Source: Candidatus Micrarchaeota archaeon (GTDB lineage: Archaea; Micrarchaeota; Micrarchaeia; Anstonellales; Bilamarchaeaceae). Taken from it: a stretch of 10,302 nt of DNA. The notes below the pieces were generated by a model, which was given only the letters and a program-made list of their open reading frames with translations, was not told where the DNA came from and did no database searches. Positions 7,530 through 10,302 of this stretch are shown one piece after another (positions within the stretch are counted from its first letter, which is position 1; each line of letters starts with the position of its first letter). Where the stretch lies: assembly GCA_040753215.1 (NCBI GenBank), contig JBFMEZ010000031.1, positions 1 through 10,302 of the forward strand. The letters are read 5' to 3'. A program made the translations under genes and the position numbers.

Positions 7530-7580
7530 GCGAACCGTTCTGAAGAAAAGGATTTAAACTCTCTCCGATTATGCAAACGC

Positions 7581-8156
7581 ATGGCGGCGCAGCCTTCGGA
7601 GAAAAAGGCCACAAGGGGGACAAGAATAAAACAGGATGGTGAGGAGAAAACTGAGCGGGGGGTTATGATTAACCTAAAGAGAAGGGGGGGCGCCCCCTTC
7701 CTCTTGGAGGAAGAGGCGGTGCTCCGCAGGATAGAGGAGCGCATAGAGGCGAGGGCGCGCGAATTTGAAGTGCTGGTTACGCTGGATGAGATTGCGAGGA
7801 AGAGGGCTGCCCTTCTGTATGACAGGTACCTGAACGCAAGCCCCCAGCAGCTGGCGGAGCTCCTGTATATAGAGAGCGTACAGGAGTATTTCTCCGGCCA
7901 GGTGCGCACTTATCTTGAGGCGAACGGGTTCCAGACCTGGGACGGGTATATGAAGCCAACGCTTAGCGAAACGGAGAACGTGAAGATGCGCGGGAAGATA
8001 ACGGAGGACTGGATGAGGCTTCCGAAAGGGAGGAGGGGCGACCCGGTTGCTATGTATCTTCTTCTGATGAAGCATGAGGTTTTCGGGCCCACGGGGCCCA
8101 GAATGGACCCGAACGGGCTGGACTGGGTTCAGGATGTGCTTGCACCGAGTGAATAG
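7581..8156 (+). CDS. Hypothetical protein (start uncertain)
   Basis: 191-aa charged, helical-looking ORF, divergent from the lipoprotein gene, with TTTAAA at 7553-7558. Confidence 0.75.
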   Translation: MAAQPSEKKATRGTRIKQDGEEKTERGVMINLKRRGGAPFLLEEEAVLRRIEERIEARAREFEVLVTLDEIARKRAALLYDRYLNASPQQLAELLYIESVQEYFSGQVRTYLEANGFQTWDGYMKPTLSETENVKMRGKITEDWMRLPKGRRGDPVAMYLLLMKHEVFGPTGPRMDPNGLDWVQDVLAPSE

Positions 8157-8161
8157 GCTCC

Positions 8162-8292
8162 TGCCGGAAACCGGCGACTGGAAACGGGAAACTGAAAACT
8201 GGGTGTGCTGGCTCCGGGCGAGTAGTACCAAACAGGAAACCGGATGCATTGTGCTGGAAACTGGCGACTGGAAACGGGAAACTGAAAACCGG
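8162..8292 (+). repeat. Two 41-bp direct repeats, each containing five GGAAACN-type heptamers, between convergent genes
   Basis: 8162-8202 versus 8252-8292 (3 mismatches, 90-bp period), with extra units at 8228-8243. Confidence 0.9.
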
Positions 8293-8300
8293 TAGCCGCC

Positions 8301-9872
8301 TTATGCTGGACTGAGCGCAGTGCGTGCCGCATCCCTTATGAGCACAAGGTCGTTTTTCTGCGTGACGTCCGCGGTCGCCTCTATTATCGCATCTATCCGG
8401 CCGAGAAGGTCCAGGTAGATTGCCCTTATCTGCTCCCTCACGCCCGCATCCGCGACCGAGAGCGCATTGTCGAAGCGGGGGGTGGGCGCCTGTCCCGTGC
8501 CCTTGAGGAGCTCATCAACCCTGTTAAGCTGCTGCATCGCCCAGTTGTAATCGTATCTCACCGCCTCTGCGGGAGCCGGCGCCGCTTCTTCCACCACAAC
8601 CGGGACCCTTTCCGCAAGCCGGGCTTCCGCACTTCTCCTGTCGAGAATAGCGGTCCTCATCCATTCCACCTGGCGCCTGCTCGCGGGGTCAAGCGCCTCT
8701 ATGGAGGCGAGTATCCTGTTCTCTATGTTCGTTATGGAAGCCCTCATCCTTTCGGCTTCCTGCGGGCGTATCTCCTCCTCCCTCAGCACGCCGAGGGTGT
8801 TCTGGACGACCACATAATCCGTCCTTATCCTTTCAACATCAGACCTTTCGGGGCGCACCGCGGGTGCAGCTTCGGCAGGTGCAGCCGCCTCTGCTGCAGG
8901 TGCGGGGACCACCTCCCCGAAGGAGATTTCCCGTATTATGCCTCTCCTGCGCGCCTCTTCAAGTTCCGTGACGAGCCTGCTGTATCTCCTCCCTATTTTC
9001 CTCTCCATGTGCCTTCCTATGTCGCCTATGTGGCTCTCCCTCTCCGTGCCTGCGACCCTTTCCTCAGCCATTACGTCCACCGCATAATAATAGACATCTG
9101 TGAGGGAAATGTATCTCCTCTGGGATGCGGAATCCTGCGCCATCCTCTTGAGGATACTCACCAGCGTCTGCATCCCTATCCTCCCCGGCCCCGCACGGTC
9201 GAAATACGCATCAAGCTCGGCCGCGAAAAGCTCCTTCTCCTTCTGCGTTGCCATGGACCATGCGAGCGTTATGTAGCGCATCTCCTCGGGGGTGAACTGC
9301 CCGAAAAAATCCGCGCGCGTCCCGCGTGCGCCGGGATATGTTATGCCGGAATATTCGCCGGTCTCAAGGGCGCGGAGAACCTGCCTGGTCCTCGCCTCCT
9401 CGCCCGTAATCTCATGCTCCTCTTCCCTCGCTTCCCTGCGCCTCGGGCGGGCCACTGCCTCCACTTCCACGGCGACCGGCTCCTCCCATGCGCCGGGCCT
9501 CCTCGCATGCAGGCGGATGGTGCTTCCCCTGCGCTCGACTTCGTGGGTTTCGCCAAAGACCCGGGTGAAGGCGCGCACCACCTTCCTCATGTCGTCCTCC
9601 TCAAGCGCGCCCCTCTGGATTTTGAGCTCGAGCGAGCGGTAGCCGGGGTTCAGGGTTTCCCAGTAAAGGAAACCGGAAATCGCATCCGCGACCTGCGGGG
9701 GCAGCCTTTCCTCAAGGAGCCTGTCCCGCAGGCGGTGCCTCAGGCCCTCCGGGAGCTGCTGCTCCCTCTCTTCCCTCATCGTTATCGGCGGCCGCTCTTC
9801 CTGCGCCCTGCTTGGGATTGGAATCATCTGCACCGGCTCCTCCCTCCTCCTGGCCCTTGCCTGCTCTGCCAT
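8301..9872 (-). CDS. Hypothetical Glu/Arg/Ala-rich protein (~523 aa)
   Basis: Long ORF. ATG at 9872 is preferred over the track start 9893 because a GGTGA Shine-Dalgarno lies at 9877-9881. Contains APAAEAAAP linkers; no family recognised. Confidence 0.85.
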   Translation of the reverse strand: MAEQARARRREEPVQMIPIPSRAQEERPPITMREEREQQLPEGLRHRLRDRLLEERLPPQVADAISGFLYWETLNPGYRSLELKIQRGALEEDDMRKVVRAFTRVFGETHEVERRGSTIRLHARRPGAWEEPVAVEVEAVARPRRREAREEEHEITGEEARTRQVLRALETGEYSGITYPGARGTRADFFGQFTPEEMRYITLAWSMATQKEKELFAAELDAYFDRAGPGRIGMQTLVSILKRMAQDSASQRRYISLTDVYYYAVDVMAEERVAGTERESHIGDIGRHMERKIGRRYSRLVTELEEARRRGIIREISFGEVVPAPAAEAAAPAEAAPAVRPERSDVERIRTDYVVVQNTLGVLREEEIRPQEAERMRASITNIENRILASIEALDPASRRQVEWMRTAILDRRSAEARLAERVPVVVEEAAPAPAEAVRYDYNWAMQQLNRVDELLKGTGQAPTPRFDNALSVADAGVREQIRAIYLDLLGRIDAIIEATADVTQKNDLVLIRDAARTALSPA

Positions 9873-9976
9873 ATTTTCACCATTCTGTTTCAATTAAGTT
9901 GGCGGGGAAAGGGCATAAAAAGGTTCTGTTTGGCTTACGGGAACCCATTGCAAATTACGGCGGATGCGTAATCCCT

Positions 9977-10117
9977 GTTGTCTCCTAGTCTTGGGGGTCT
10001 TGGAGTCTGGTGAACCTCCACGGCGTGAAGTCTTGAGTTGTCCTGAGGGTCCTGAAAGTCACACAAGACCCGAAGACCATGCAAGACATGGAGACAACTG
10101 CAAGACATGGAGACGAC
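9977..10117. repeat. Inverted array of 8-10-bp GTCTTG / CAAGAC units
   Basis: Left arm has gtctcc, gtcttg and gtcctg units; right arm has aagac/gagac units including TGCAAGACATGGAGAC twice. 9977-9993 is 15/17 complementary to 10082-10098. Confidence 0.75.
10010..10024 (-). mobile_element. 15-bp remnant of the PATE-like element end
   Basis: GTGAACCTCCACGGC is identical to 301-315 and is followed immediately by GTGA, the same flank as at 432-435. Confidence 0.65.
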
Positions 10118-10302
10118 AGCTAACGGGCATCGGCTTTAAATTTGCAACAGCCTATCCGGGGCGGGACAATTATTTTTCTATAGTTTTGCGAATTTTTGGT
10201 CGACGCAGATTTCTATTAGCTCCCCAAAACTTATCCCGTAATTTTGCGAAAGTTTTTGGAGTGTTTTTCTAAGTTTGGTTATGGCATCACCTATCGTTTT
10301 GC

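Noticed and set aside
8162..8292. Possible mini-CRISPR (two ~40-bp repeats with a ~50-bp spacer)
   Set aside because: Only two units, internally heptameric, the spacer contains the same heptamer, and there are no cas genes or leader.
9009..9971. 320-aa plus-strand ORF and the other antisense or alternate-frame ORFs (e.g. 2080-2700, 7301-7909, 7674-8249)
   Set aside because: Shadow frames of better-supported genes, expected in GC-rich coding DNA.
9964..10272. 102-aa ORF
   Set aside because: It runs through the repeat array and element remnant, with no SD or recognisable protein features.

Overview
Archaeal window; a DPANN/Micrarchaeota-like origin is inferred. It is centred on a stand-alone 16S rRNA gene (minus strand, ~3939-5620) with four short introns (30, 94, 34 and 33 nt). 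Each intron folds into a bulge-helix-bulge (BHB) splice motif whose cleavage restores the canonical rRNA sequence. The last ~175 nt of the 16S plus its 3' processing arm recur as a diverged direct repeat at 212-601. The two copies bracket a 3.25 kb, three-gene block: AAA ATPase-wHTH, SAM methyltransferase and tandem Lrp/AsnC regulator. They differ by compensatory base-pair swaps, suggesting that DNA carrying a second organism's 16S 3' end integrated here (an att-like event at an rRNA gene). The orphan copy has a 131-bp non-autonomous IS200/IS605-type palindromic element inserted in its anti-Shine-Dalgarno, and a 15-bp remnant of that element lies at 10010-10024. The ATPase gene is flanked by two copies of a 32-bp palindromic motif. 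The right half encodes hypothetical proteins and a PD40/beta-propeller lipoprotein, and carries heptamer and 8-10-mer repeat arrays.
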